Virus record (IMG/VR): IMGVR_UViG_3300050821_006345
Span: 32,001 to 96,000 of that record
Strand: one strand, 5' to 3'
Source: a virus
Length of the DNA: 64,000 nt
In this document: positions 1 through 10,338 of the stretch, piece by piece
How the letters are laid out: the number at the start of each line of letters is the position of its first letter
How positions within the stretch are numbered: position 1 is the first letter of the stretch
The notes under the pieces: model-generated
Told to the model about the DNA's origin: nothing
Databases searched by the model: none
What the model saw: the letters and a program-made list of their open reading frames with translations, nothing else
Position numbers and translations under genes: made by a program

Positions 1-113
1 AGGCATCATTAAAAACTCCGACCACACATGGACGTGCGCGGACTGCCAGATCAAGGAGTCAAAATACAGCCGATGCATCACATCGCTGGAACTGCGCCGG
101 GAAAGAAACAAGC

Positions 114-500
114 TTGAAAACGAAATTGAAGAAGCCAAAAGACTTCAAATCACTGCGCCAGATTGGAATTGAACGTGGGTGGATTTCATCCGATCCACAA
201 ATCCAGCGAAAAACCGATTCCCGCCACGGCCTGATCCGCCGCTACGTCCTGCATCTGGCAAAATCAATCCAATTCATGACGGTGGACGATCTGATGCCGT
301 TGATGACTCGTCCGCAAGCCTACAGCGCGCTTCAGCAGGCCGTTAAATATGGTCAGATGAAGATTTATCAGAAAGGCAAGTCTGGGCCAACACCAAGAAG
401 AACTTTATTTATTTCGGTTGACAATCAGGCGGTTTATGGCAGACTCTCCCTATCGCAGATGGCGAAGAGCCTGAAGCGAACTAAAGGCAAAATAATATGA
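114..500 (+). CDS. basic hypothetical protein, possible winged helix
   Basis: 128 aa K/R-rich ORF overlapping the next ATG (ATGA); start uncertain (TTG). Confidence 0.5.
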   Translation: MKTKLKKPKDFKSLRQIGIERGWISSDPQIQRKTDSRHGLIRRYVLHLAKSIQFMTVDDLMPLMTRPQAYSALQQAVKYGQMKIYQKGKSGPTPRRTLFISVDNQAVYGRLSLSQMAKSLKRTKGKII

Positions 501-1738
501 ATGCGGAACTGATTCTTCGAGAAATATGCGCCCGATGGGATTTGGGCGTTGACCGCCTGTCTCGCGCCGAGGCGGTGCCAATCGAATCCAAGCGTCCAGA
601 ATTCACCGAGCTTGCCGCGACAATTGGCCATGCCAAGCAGCTTCTGAACGGAGACTTTGATTATCTTGCACGACGGAATTCTGGACGCAAGAAGGCCGAC
701 CTTTCTGGAGTGGACTGGAACAAGTCCAACCACCAGATTGCCGCCGAGACCGGACTTTGCTATGCTTCGGTTTGCGCCAAGCGGCCAGCAGACCGCAAGC
801 CAATTGCGAAAGGGCTAAATCCAATTGACTGGAACGCCGTGGACTTTAAGCGCAGCGACCTTGACATTGCCGAGGAATTTGGAATATCTGGTGCAACGGT
901 GCATAAAAACCGAGTCCGTCTCGGCCACCATTCTTCCACCAAACTGACCCGCCTCTTTGACTGGGCATCGGTTGACTGGTCAAAGAACAACGGAGAGATT
1001 GCCGCCGAACTTGGCACATCCATTAACAACGCCCGTAAATATCGGGCGAAAGCGGGTCGGAAGAATCCGTTTACAACGGATGCCAGCCGGCCACATCGGA
1101 AGGTGACCAAGGAGATGATTGAAACGGCCAACTGGCTGGAAGACCGAGACGTAGATATTTGCCAGCGGTGGGGCGTTACCAGAGAGCGCGTCCGTCAGCT
1201 GCGGATTGAGAACAAGAAGCCGGCGTGCATCTACAAAGATCGCCACGGTCTGCCAATGATGAAGGCAATTGCTGGCCTTCGCCATGAATTAACCGGCTTG
1301 GACTTGGCCGCCATCACCAACAGGCTGACTCCGGTGGTCGGAGCAATCCGGAGGCCTTCGCTTATCTCCGCGCTGAGATTCCTTGGAGTTGATTACGCAT
1401 CGAAAAAGATTCGGAATAAGCGCATGAAGTATCCGTATGATGATATGAATTGGGAATTGCCGAACTGCATTCTCAGCATTATTTATGACGCTCCAAAAAA
1501 TGTAATTGCCCGTGGCAGACATCTGAACTGCAAGCCTGCGCCGAATTGGACGATGGGCGGTGCATTTAACCGCAAGTTTGAAGACCGTGAATTTCAGGGG
1601 GCGGTCGCGCAGGAAATTTTGTTCGCCGAATCCAAAGGCTTCAATAACCGAATCGCCGCGAACGAATATCTGCTTGAAAGGAAGGCGGCGGCGGATGCTG
1701 TGGCAGAAAAACGCCGGCGAACCATCGCCGCATCATGA
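497..1738 (+). CDS. multi-HTH DNA-binding protein
   Basis: Repeated VDWxKSNxxIAxEx G units (VDWNKSNHQIAAETG, VDFKRSDLDIAEEFG, VDWSKNNGEIAAELG) plus WGVTRERVRQ sigma-region-4-like helix. Confidence 0.7.
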   Translation: MNAELILREICARWDLGVDRLSRAEAVPIESKRPEFTELAATIGHAKQLLNGDFDYLARRNSGRKKADLSGVDWNKSNHQIAAETGLCYASVCAKRPADRKPIAKGLNPIDWNAVDFKRSDLDIAEEFGISGATVHKNRVRLGHHSSTKLTRLFDWASVDWSKNNGEIAAELGTSINNARKYRAKAGRKNPFTTDASRPHRKVTKEMIETANWLEDRDVDICQRWGVTRERVRQLRIENKKPACIYKDRHGLPMMKAIAGLRHELTGLDLAAITNRLTPVVGAIRRPSLISALRFLGVDYASKKIRNKRMKYPYDDMNWELPNCILSIIYDAPKNVIARGRHLNCKPAPNWTMGGAFNRKFEDREFQGAVAQEILFAESKGFNNRIAANEYLLERKAAADAVAEKRRRTIAAS

Positions 1739-1968
1739 GCGAGAAGCGACACCTCTACGAGAAGCGGCAGAAGAAGCAGTTTGCCGAAATATGCGGCGCA
1801 ACTGGCAAGCGGATGTTCTCCACACACGAAGGCGCGCTGCTATTTGCCGGAAACATGAACGATCCACGTCGAGACACTCCGATGGAGTGGCGTGCATATC
1901 TTTGTAAATATTGCCAGGAATATCACCTCACAAGCCAGCCGTTAAGAACTTATGCAAGAGTCAATTAA
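1735..1968 (+). CDS. small phage Zn-binding protein
   Basis: RAYLCKYCQEYHLTS motif; translationally coupled. Confidence 0.65.
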   Translation: MSEKRHLYEKRQKKQFAEICGATGKRMFSTHEGALLFAGNMNDPRRDTPMEWRAYLCKYCQEYHLTSQPLRTYARVN

Positions 1969-2131
1969 ACAGCCAGGTGAACTGGAATTGCGGGCAATCC
2001 GCGACGCAGTATTTGAACATGGCTCCTCACAGGAGAACTGGGACGGGTGCATGGACAGCTGGATGCGTCCAGAGGAAACCAAGTGGCTTCAGGATGAATA
2101 CGCCAAGCTGAAGGCGAAGGAGGCCAAGTGA
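1952..2131 (+). CDS. hypothetical protein (59 aa, read by hand)
   Basis: MQESIKQPG...KAKEAK fills the gap in a coupled gene chain. Confidence 0.5.
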   Translation: MQESIKQPGELELRAIRDAVFEHGSSQENWDGCMDSWMRPEETKWLQDEYAKLKAKEAK

Positions 2132-2249
2132 AAAGCCCTAAAAAGTCATGGTTTATTGTGGCAATCAAGTCTGCCAAGTTTTCCTGCGACGACATCTGCC
2201 GCGATGCGAAGAAGGCTGGACTGACGCGGTGGTGCATCTGTGCCGAGCG

Positions 2250-2492
2250 ATGAAGTGTTTAAGCCAGCGCGAATTGGACGAGTGTGTTGCGGCAATGAAA
2301 AATGCCGTGGCACGCGGAGATTATCCGGTTCGCCAGTTGCGGCAGGAAAAGTTAATCATAATGGACGCGAAACATTCAATGCAAAGAACCTGCATGCAGC
2401 GGCTGCGTGACTATCGTCGGTCAATTGGTCTAAACGCCCACGGTCTTCCCAAGAAGGATTTTAGGATTGGCCGTCCACGGAGGAAAACATAA
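2250..2492 (+). CDS. basic hypothetical protein
   Basis: MKCLSQRELD...GRPRRKT; TAATG coupling to the next gene. Confidence 0.5.
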   Translation: MKCLSQRELDECVAAMKNAVARGDYPVRQLRQEKLIIMDAKHSMQRTCMQRLRDYRRSIGLNAHGLPKKDFRIGRPRRKT

Positions 2493-2848
2493 TGGCCTGC
2501 CGATACTGCATTGACGTTCCTTCTGGCCAGTATTGCGATGGTTGCGGCCAGCTTGTCGTTAAGAATCACGGCCAGCACCAGATATTTCCACAGGACTCGT
2601 CGCGGTTTGGCCAGTCTCTTGGCGAGTATGATTTAACAAATCCAGAAAATTTAAGACGGCTTATGGTTCACGAACCAACGCTTCATGCCGTGCCGAATTC
2701 GATGAGATGCCAAGAAACCGCCCCAAGACGGAACGAGCCAAGTTATGGCCTTCGATGTGCGTTTCATCGCGACCATTCTGGGCCACATTGCACCAACGCA
2801 AATACGGCAGACCACTCAAGGCAGACGTGGGAAGAAGTGCCGTTTTAA
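2492..2848 (+). CDS. CxYC...CDxCG zinc-finger family member 1
   Basis: MACRYCIDVPSGQYCDGCG plus one C..C..HxGxH module. Confidence 0.8.
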   Translation: MACRYCIDVPSGQYCDGCGQLVVKNHGQHQIFPQDSSRFGQSLGEYDLTNPENLRRLMVHEPTLHAVPNSMRCQETAPRRNEPSYGLRCAFHRDHSGPHCTNANTADHSRQTWEEVPF

Positions 2849-3073
2849 TAGATGTTGAATAGGCACTGAATATGCTGTGAATATGTTTTACAACAAACAT
2901 GGCTTGGCAGACACGAGACGTCAGTCCGTTTTCATTGGCGATTTATGAATTGGCGATTATTGCTTGTAAATCTTATGCACGGCTTATTCACAGCTTATTA
3001 AACTTCTGTTCAAATTTTCCACTTCTTATTTCGTTGAATTTCGGCCACAGAAAACGCATCATGTTTCATTGAT

Positions 3074-3667
3074 ATGTCCTGCAAATATTGTTCCGATGTC
3101 CCGCTTGGCGCGTTCTGCGATGAATGCGGAGAGAAGCGGTCGTCTCCACTTATTGGCGATTCAATTGTTGGCCGACTTAATCCAAATTTAAGTCCGTGCG
3201 GCGGACATCGGGCATGTCTGGCGTTTGGCAACAGTGCTATTTACGACAATGATGAAAGAATGTGCCGCGACCATTCTGAAGGATACATTTGCACGCTTCC
3301 GGTCGGCCATAACGGAAATCATGTAGGATGCTCACGAGTCCGTCACAATAATCATTCATGGCCGAGAGTCGAAGCCATTGATAATCTCGACCGCGAGATA
3401 CGAAGATACAACGATGGATTGCCAGTGCGCGGAAATGGCCGATGCCAAGCTACGACCGCGAGTGGAATGATCTGCACCAGAACAGCCGAACACGACGGAA
3501 GCCATGCGTTCGCTTGGCCAGCAACGGCGGAGAATGTTCTGCGCGAACCACAACATCGGTGTCTGGCCGTTCACGCCGGTTCTGGAATGCAGTGCATCTT
3601 TGCACCGGGACACGAAGATTATCACCGAGTGGTTACGCCAGATGGCTCGGATTGGAGATGGCGTTAA
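3074..3667 (+). CDS. zinc-finger family member 2
   Basis: MSCKYCSDVPLGAFCDECG plus three C..C..HxGxH-type modules. Confidence 0.8.
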   Translation: MSCKYCSDVPLGAFCDECGEKRSSPLIGDSIVGRLNPNLSPCGGHRACLAFGNSAIYDNDERMCRDHSEGYICTLPVGHNGNHVGCSRVRHNNHSWPRVEAIDNLDREIRRYNDGLPVRGNGRCQATTASGMICTRTAEHDGSHAFAWPATAENVLREPQHRCLAVHAGSGMQCIFAPGHEDYHRVVTPDGSDWRWR

Positions 3668-3759
3668 ATAGTTGATTATTCAAGTTGACAATAAGCGGCC
3701 ATAGTGTATTCTGTTGGTAGCTGGACGCTGAAGAGGCGGAAGGCGAGAAAGAACAAAAT

Positions 3760-3933
3760 ATGAAGCGGAAATTTACAGCGGCAAGACAGGCCGAGCGATG
3801 CAATGCGGTTGTTAAACTGGCCGATGGCTCAACGGCAGACTGTATGCGCCGCGCAATCAAGAACGGCCATTGCCACCAGCACGATAAAATATCAATGCAG
3901 CGTAAAGAAATGGCGGTGCAATCGTGTGCATGA
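3760..3933 (+). CDS. small C3H Zn-binding protein (read by hand)
   Basis: RCNAVVKLADGSTADCMRRAIKNGHCHQH. Confidence 0.5.
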   Translation: MKRKFTAARQAERCNAVVKLADGSTADCMRRAIKNGHCHQHDKISMQRKEMAVQSCA

Positions 3934-4146
3934 CAGAACATCTTGGCGGAGTGAGGACGGTATCCGACAACTGGACGCCGTGTCTGTTTGGACAAGTCCT
4001 TATCGGCGCGAGAATCAAGCTTCAGCCGGACGGCATCGTTTACGTCAAGACCGGCTACGGCAAATACACGCGCGAAGGCCGCCATCCCAATTCAGAATGG
4101 CACTTTGGTTACATGGACATGGCGGTTCTGGTTGAAGGCTAAACCT

Positions 4147-4362
4147 ATGAATATACTTTGCTCAATGTTTGGCCACCAGCCTCCGGTCTATGCTCCGAAA
4201 GGATGGTTCTCGCCGGGAGAGGAATACGCGCGGCGAGTTGTGCCAATAGCGACCGATGGCATTGGCCGCGAACACGCATACGTTGAATCGGAGTGTCCTC
4301 GGTGTGGCGAGACGTTCACATTGTGTCGGATTCATCTGCCGACCAGAAAGGATAAGCCGTGA
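4147..4362 (+). CDS. small Zn-binding phage protein (C..FGH...CxxC)
   Basis: MNILCSMFGHQ...ECPRCGE. Confidence 0.55.
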   Translation: MNILCSMFGHQPPVYAPKGWFSPGEEYARRVVPIATDGIGREHAYVESECPRCGETFTLCRIHLPTRKDKP

Positions 4363-4598
4363 ACTCGCCACTTGAATACAGCGGTCGGCCAGCGGCGTTC
4401 AATCCGAAGTTTGGATTGGCCGTGGACGATGCCGGTGAGCCAATTTTAGCGCACGACGCAACATTGGTTCTGTGTGCTTGGCACGATGCGGACAAGTCGC
4501 TTACAAAGCAGCTGAAGGCTGCTGGCTACCAAGTATCGCATGGGATTTGCGCGGATCATTTGGCATCGGAAATGGCCACGCTCAAAGATGATGAATAA
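4359..4598 (+). CDS. hypothetical protein
   Basis: LCAWH...SHGICADH; coupled. Confidence 0.5.
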   Translation: MNSPLEYSGRPAAFNPKFGLAVDDAGEPILAHDATLVLCAWHDADKSLTKQLKAAGYQVSHGICADHLASEMATLKDDE

Positions 4599-5205
4599 AC
4601 CACTCCATTGCGGCAAGCTGTGTCAGCCGGTCATGCTGCGGCAGATTGTTTCCAAGCGTCCGTTCTTCAACTGCTGGATTCAATTCTTCCGCTGTCGGGT
4701 ATGCGGCGAGCAGTTTGTGCCATATCAAACGTCAGCCGATACGTCCTACATGGACTCGCTTGAGCCATTGAGACTTGCGGCCATTGCCGAAGAAACCATA
4801 CGCTACGGAACGTGAATGTTATATCGCCAAATCTGGCTGAGAATAAAACAAGGCTTGATTCACAACCGGAGAAATAGCAGGCTTAAACCACTATGAACAA
4901 CAACACCAAGAATCGGAAACGGCTAGAGCGCAAAGACGCCAAGTTCCAGCCCAGACTTTCCATGAAGCCAAAAGTAGCCGCCAGCGGCTGCAAGGACGGT
5001 CTTTCTCTGGGCGACCAGAAACGCATCTTTTACGGAGTATGACACCCTGAACGGAACGGTGAAACGGCTTCGCATGGCGTTAAGCGGGCTTGTTGGCGAG
5101 CAATGTGGCGTTATTGACGCGCCAGATGCGTTGGCAAACATAAATGCTGTGGCTAATGCCCAATCGGAATTTGACAGAATCAAGCTCGCCTAGTAAATTA
5201 ACTGC

Positions 5206-5598
5206 GTGCCGAACAACCTCGTAATTTGTCCCATCTGCGGTGAAGGCGATGCGGAGTGTCGAGTGGAAGGAGACGGCCAGATCATCCACTGCGAAAATCT
5301 GCGATGTGCTTCAAACGGTGGAACAAACGCCTCCAAGCTGCTTGCGTCAATCACACCTCAGACAGCCAGAGCCGGCAACCGCCCAATTGAGCCGTCACCA
5401 GACAGAGACATCGCCGAGGAACTTGGCCGCTTGTCCGCAGAACAGATGGATGAGCCGGAGATGTGCGGAGCTTGCTCTGCCAATCTTCGCATGGACGCCA
5501 TGAAACTGGCCGTGGACTCGTTCCACGACACGCCAACCACACAAAAGCTGCTGGATAGGGCGGAGTCCATATTCTGCTGGTGTCTGGACGTTGACTGA
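5206..5598 (+). CDS. Zn-ribbon hypothetical protein
   Basis: CPICG...CENLRC...CGAC. Confidence 0.5.
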   Translation: MPNNLVICPICGEGDAECRVEGDGQIIHCENLRCASNGGTNASKLLASITPQTARAGNRPIEPSPDRDIAEELGRLSAEQMDEPEMCGACSANLRMDAMKLAVDSFHDTPTTQKLLDRAESIFCWCLDVD

Positions 5599-5704
5599 CG
5601 TCCGGCAATGGCAGTTAAAACGCGCCAGAAGGCTTTCTGCTGCGTTTTGATGCCAAAACCGCACGGAAACACCAGAAAGCGTCTCCGCACGGTTAAATGG
5701 CCGA

Positions 5705-5956
5705 TTACGCCGGTTGATGCTTGCCAAAGTTAGACCGCCAGACCGTGGCCTTGCGTCCAGCTCCCCGACGAACCATGCGAACCAGCTTGTGCCGCCACAA
5801 TGTTTCAATCGCGGCATTGATTGCGCCCCGATTAATGACCAACTGGTGGAAGTGGCTGTGAAGGCTGTGGATGACGTCCCCGGATGTGAATTTATCGCCC
5901 AGCTCGCCGGAGATTTGAACTATGCGATTCCTTAATGTTTTACGTTTTGTTTTCAT
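5705..5956 (-). CDS. small winged-helix-like protein
   Basis: FTSGDVI...AAIETLWRHKLVRMVRRGAGRKATVW pattern. Confidence 0.5.
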   Translation of the reverse strand: MKTKRKTLRNRIVQISGELGDKFTSGDVIHSLHSHFHQLVINRGAINAAIETLWRHKLVRMVRRGAGRKATVWRSNFGKHQPA

Positions 5957-6143
5957 ATGTTGTGTTGGCCAGTTTTGACCGACATGAAGTAACGCAGCTA
6001 GTGTGCCAGTGTTTGGAGTGCCGGAATTTCAAAGAATAGGCCGTTTTTATCTATAAGGCCATTGCAAATGACAAGATGTTTAATTGCAATAGACAAGGTT
6101 TAATTCCATTGATTTATGTCGGGAAAATTCGCACCATGGATTC

Positions 6144-6494
6144 ATGAAGTGCCGTTATTGTGAAGATGTTCCATCCGGAAGCTACTGCGATGGGTGCGGA
6201 GAGCTTCGGGTTTGCGACCGCGCGTCTGGGCACTCTGGCAATCATTCTGGCCTGATCCAGTGCGGCATGGATTATCGCTATGGAGATTACGCTCCGTGGC
6301 ACACCTGCACGCTGCCGATGGGACACGACGGCGCGCATGGACAGAATGCCGATACTCCGTTAACGAACGCAGTCGCAGATATTCAGGCGGCATCTACTCG
6401 TCAAAGTTATTCTGGTAGTGGATCTCGTCCGCCACAGCCAGACCGCACCTATGGAACCCAGGAAACGCGTCACGCCCAGCTTGTAAGGGATTAA
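6144..6494 (+). CDS. zinc-finger family member 3
   Basis: MKCRYCEDVPSGSYCDGCG plus two GHxGxH modules. Confidence 0.8.
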   Translation: MKCRYCEDVPSGSYCDGCGELRVCDRASGHSGNHSGLIQCGMDYRYGDYAPWHTCTLPMGHDGAHGQNADTPLTNAVADIQAASTRQSYSGSGSRPPQPDRTYGTQETRHAQLVRD

Positions 6495-6772
6495 GTCCTG
6501 CCGAAGTCCTCGGCAATGCCGATCCAAAACGACTCCTCGTCCTCCTTTTTGCACGAGTCAGCAATGGCAATCTTGCGGACAATCACCTTCTTCTTCTGTT
6601 CCGGAGTCATGTCTTTCCAGTGAAACCACACGCCGGCAATGATGAACGGCTCATTGGGCGACAGATTGCCATCAACCATTGGCTCAATTAATAATTTGTT
6701 CATACGAAACTTATGATGCCAAATAGCCGATGGAACATCAAGAACCATCGCGCCTACCATTGGTCTTGCCAT
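6491..6772 (-). CDS. hypothetical protein
   Basis: 93 aa ORF overlapping the end of the replication gene. Confidence 0.5.
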   Translation of the reverse strand: MARPMVGAMVLDVPSAIWHHKFRMNKLLIEPMVDGNLSPNEPFIIAGVWFHWKDMTPEQKKKVIVRKIAIADSCKKEDEESFWIGIAEDFGRT

Positions 6773-7563
6773 CCATCGCCGCCCACATTGACGAACGGTC
6801 GGTGTGGGTCAAGCACGTCCACCAAGGCTTTCATGGCTGGATCGACCGGTCTGTCCAGAGGCGGCACATAATCCTTGCGGTGCATCGGGTGGCGAGGATC
6901 ACTGATTAACATCGGCCATTGGAAATCCGAAACCCATTCACCCGCATCCAAATACCGCTCGCGACCCGACTCCGGGTCGATGCGGGTTTCGGCATCCCGG
7001 CGTCTGGTGGATTCAGGCAAGTTAAGGCTTTTAAGGTATTCCTCATCGAAATAGCTTCCCTGAGAGCCAAGGTCGCTTGCGACCGCAGGTGTTTTGCCGT
7101 CGTTGTCTCTCTGTGTTCTCGTATATTCCGTCTTACCGTCTTCGTTAGTGGTCGGTTGAGTGTCTGCCGTTAGTCTGTCGTTAGTCGGCTGTCTGTCGTT
7201 TTGCCTGTCGTTTTGATTGTCCATCACATCCTTGCCATCTTCAGAAACCACGGTGAACAGGCGATTATCTAGCAGCCGACCGATTGTCCCTTTGTTAGTC
7301 GTTTTGAATGTCGCAAATCCCCGTCTCGCCAGATAGTCCTTGGCGGTTCTATACTCTCTCGAAGACATGCCGCAGTTTTCATAGTCTCCAAGGAAACATT
7401 CGCCTTTGCGAAGCTCGTGTCGGTTGTGTCCGTCCTTCCATCTGGATCGGATTGCCATGATGGATGCCAGTCTGAATGCGTTTGGGTGTGCCGCGATAAG
7501 CTCGAACAAGTCTTCAGTGCGACTCATTTTAACCCATCCGGTGTGGATGCCGTTTAATGCCAT
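6754..7563 (-). CDS. phage replication initiator (lambda O / replisome-organiser-like)
   Basis: N-terminal HTH (ELRKGECFLG...SSREYRTAKDYLARRGFATFKTTNKGT) followed by a linker encoded by direct repeats. Confidence 0.65.
   Translation of the reverse strand: MALNGIHTGWVKMSRTEDLFELIAAHPNAFRLASIMAIRSRWKDGHNRHELRKGECFLGDYENCGMSSREYRTAKDYLARRGFATFKTTNKGTIGRLLDNRLFTVVSEDGKDVMDNQNDRQNDRQPTNDRLTADTQPTTNEDGKTEYTRTQRDNDGKTPAVASDLGSQGSYFDEEYLKSLNLPESTRRRDAETRIDPESGRERYLDAGEWVSDFQWPMLISDPRHPMHRKDYVPPLDRPVDPAMKALVDVLDPHRPFVNVGGDGWQDQW
7162..7212. repeat. four iteron-like 10-bp direct repeats, putative origin
   Basis: GTCTGCCGTT 7162, GTCTGTCGTT 7173 and 7191, GCCTGTCGTT 7203. Confidence 0.6.
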
Positions 7564-7813
7564 AGTGCTTGATACCAGTAAAAAGACCGTTGGAATGTGG
7601 TAATAAATCGGCGTCAAGCACTGCGCCACTGCCTTTCGGCCCACATCCGCAACGGTCTCAAATCTACTGAGCTTGATTTTAGAACGGTTTATTAAGCCGC
7701 GTCAATAGTTTTCCGCAGAAATCGGTTATTGCAACCAGAAGATTGTCCAGAAGGTCAGATTTCTTCCCACACGCCTTTTTGGACGTATTCCAAGCAGTCT
7801 GAAAGATTGTAGC

Positions 7814-7999
7814 CTAGTCTGGTTGGATTGTGTTCTCCATCATAGTGCATATTGTGTCCCTTGCTTCCATCTTTGGCTGGGAGAAACCTCGATGTGACTT
7901 ATGTTGCTGCCGTCTGGGAATCCTCCAATATGCCTGAACCGCCGTTTCAACGTCGCAGACCTGTCCGGCTGGAAGGTCGGTGCAGTAGATGCAGGTCAT
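7814..7999 (-). CDS. truncated or chimeric zinc-finger family member 4
   Basis: MTCIYCTDLPAGQVCD, then the motif breaks before the last Cys. Confidence 0.55.
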   Translation of the reverse strand: MTCIYCTDLPAGQVCDVETAVQAYWRIPRRQQHKSHRGFSQPKMEARDTICTMMENTIQPD

Positions 8000-8223
8000 T
8001 GGTCAGATTCCGCTTGTCACGACGTGGGCATTGGCCGATTCACACTCGTTGGCCGCGTCTTCAAGTATCTGTTCTGGTGATTTCATAAGAAAAGTGTGGC
8101 AAATCGGCCAATCAAAGTCAACGCAAGATAGCGGTTCTTTCGCGCGACGTTCGTTTATTGGCCATCAGAAGCTTCAGATTGGAGTTGCGTTCACGTCCAT
8201 GATTTCGCAGACTGGTTGCCGAT

Positions 8224-8499
8224 ATGCCAGATGAACCGTCCAAGCTTGAAGTGAAACAGAACATCTCCACCACAGTTATCGGCACATCGCGCCGTAACTG
8301 CAAGATCGAGGTCAATGGTGGCAACGCCATGTTCTCGCTTAAAATCGGCCAGATGCAGCGGGAAAACGGATCAATCCAGCGGGAGTCGGAACACTATCTT
8401 TACATGGACGAGCTTGACGTTCTGATCGATGGCCTGACCGAGTTCCAAAGGCTTCAGCTCAAATCAAAGATTGTTCCACCAAATGAACGTGCCGTTTAA
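8224..8499 (+). CDS. hypothetical protein
   Basis: 91 aa ORF with an ATG start. Confidence 0.55.
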   Translation: MPDEPSKLEVKQNISTTVIGTSRRNCKIEVNGGNAMFSLKIGQMQRENGSIQRESEHYLYMDELDVLIDGLTEFQRLQLKSKIVPPNERAV

Positions 8500-8682
8500 C
8501 ATCAACGATTATGTGCGCGGCAAGCGATCCGTGACCGCGTGTTCAATGGAACTCTTAAACGACTTCCGTGCGAAGTCTGCGGTAATCCAGAAACCCACGC
8601 TCACCATGAAGATTATAGCAAGCCGCTTGAAGTGAAATGGCTTTGCCCGAAACACCACAAGGAGGTTCACGATGAAAAATGA
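8500..8682 (+). pseudogene. start-less HNH-like fragment
   Basis: Frame reads RLPCEVCGNPETHAHHEDYSKPLEVKWLCPKHH with no in-frame ATG. Confidence 0.55.
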
Positions 8683-9476
8683 TACGCCCGAAACTGACGC
8701 AGTTAAAATCCTAAAAGGATTACACGATTTTATTTCGGCGATGCCGATTAACTGCTTTGGCAGCGGTGACAACAATGGACAGGAATACCCGATTCGTGAT
8801 GAAGTTTTAGACAACATTTGCAAAGCTATTGCAGACGCCCGCAAACTCGAACGTGAACGGAATGCCTTAAGGCTAGTGCGTAATCCAAACGGAACAGCAG
8901 CAGCCATAATGGATATGCAAGCCGAACTCACCCAACTCCGCAAGGCGTGTGATGAATTGGCAGATTATCTTTCAGTTTATGTCAAACACGACAAAGAATT
9001 TGGCAGTGGTTGGCCAACAGCCGAAGAAGTTCTCGGCAATTACCGCACCCTATCACACACCATCAAAGCGAAAGGAAAAGGACGGAATCGCTTCAATGCC
9101 TGTATCGCGGCGGGCGTAAATGCCAGATTCGAGCCATACACGGGAAATGACCCGGCTGGATTTGTCGAAAGCGTCAACGACAGAAGGCGGCATTCATCGG
9201 AGCCAAGACGCGCAACGGCAGCAGCTCGGCGCCCAAAAAGAAAGTCTTTCTCTCGCCAAAGCTAGCAAATCGAAGGATTCCAGCATTCCGTCGACCAGAT
9301 TAGCCGCCAAAATTCTGGCCGCAGATCCGGCGGTCGCCAAGCTGGTATCTGATGGAGAAATATCATTGCCAGAAGCGGCCAGACGAGCTAAAATCGAAAC
9401 CGTGAAACCAAAACCATCCAAATCCGCACCCAAAGAAAGTCAAACCAAGATTGTCCAACCGCTTCGTGAAATTTAA
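8672..9476 (+). pseudogene. chimeric ORF ending in the second half of a ParB-like domain, with a frameshifted HTH-like tail
   Basis: GRNRFNACIAAGV...GNDPAGFVESVNDRRRH lacks its N-terminal half; continues in ORF 9120..9476 (VSDGEISLPEAAR). Confidence 0.5.
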
Positions 9477-9692
9477 CTAACCGCTTGGAGAATAATTCTG
9501 TAACCGCTTGGACAATATGCCATCGCCGGATTATACCAATCCGCTTCGCACCAAGACTGGCCAAGCATCGAGCGAAGGATAATGCGAAGAAAATCGGCCA
9601 TCAGAAACCACCTTAAAGAGCCTTTCCAGAGCGGATAGACGACCAACAAAGAATGGCCAGAATAAACGAGAATCGGCCAACAATCAACGACG

Positions 9693-9899
9693 TCAGTGTC
9701 CACGCCCATCCGTGGCTATATAGCTAGGAATCCTTGCATGTTGCCAATACCAGATCTTCCCATGCTCATCCTGCTCCCACGGATAATCATCCATCTCGCG
9801 GCTACGCCACGTGCCAAACCATCGAGACTTGCGACGAATCAACTCACCACACCCATCGCAGAACTGCCCCGCCGGAACATATTTGCAGTAGTCGCACAT
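9693..9899 (-). CDS. zinc-finger family member 5
   Basis: MCDYCKYVPAGQFCDGCGE plus Trp-rich tail. Confidence 0.7.
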   Translation of the reverse strand: MCDYCKYVPAGQFCDGCGELIRRKSRWFGTWRSREMDDYPWEQDEHGKIWYWQHARIPSYIATDGRGH

Positions 9900-10338
9900 A
9901 AGCTTAAAACGAATAACGTTGACGGCCATTATGAGTAATAAACAAAGCCACGTCAACGAACAACGGACAACTGCGGACGGAGGCGGATAATGGAAGCGGC
10001 CACGGAGCGGAGACAACTCGGCATCATGCGCGCACGAGCGTCCTGCTGGTTCGGTCGGCTCCCTCGGTTCTCGTCTTCCGCCATCGGTTCTCGTCCTCAA
10101 TCACGTTTGTTCGCTTTGTCGGTTTGGCGTGAAAGCTATCGTAGCCATCTCTCCGCCTTTCCCTGCCGTCCTTCGTCCTCTTTGTAATGCTTTCCGCTAC
10201 GTCCTTGTGGCGTCTTCGCCTAAACCGTTTGTATTTAACCAGTTTTGGCTCTTATGGTTGGCCGATTTTCTTGTGAGTTGTTTTTCGGATGTTGCTGTTC
10301 CGATTTTTGGCGGGTTTGACAACTTCTGGCAACACCGG

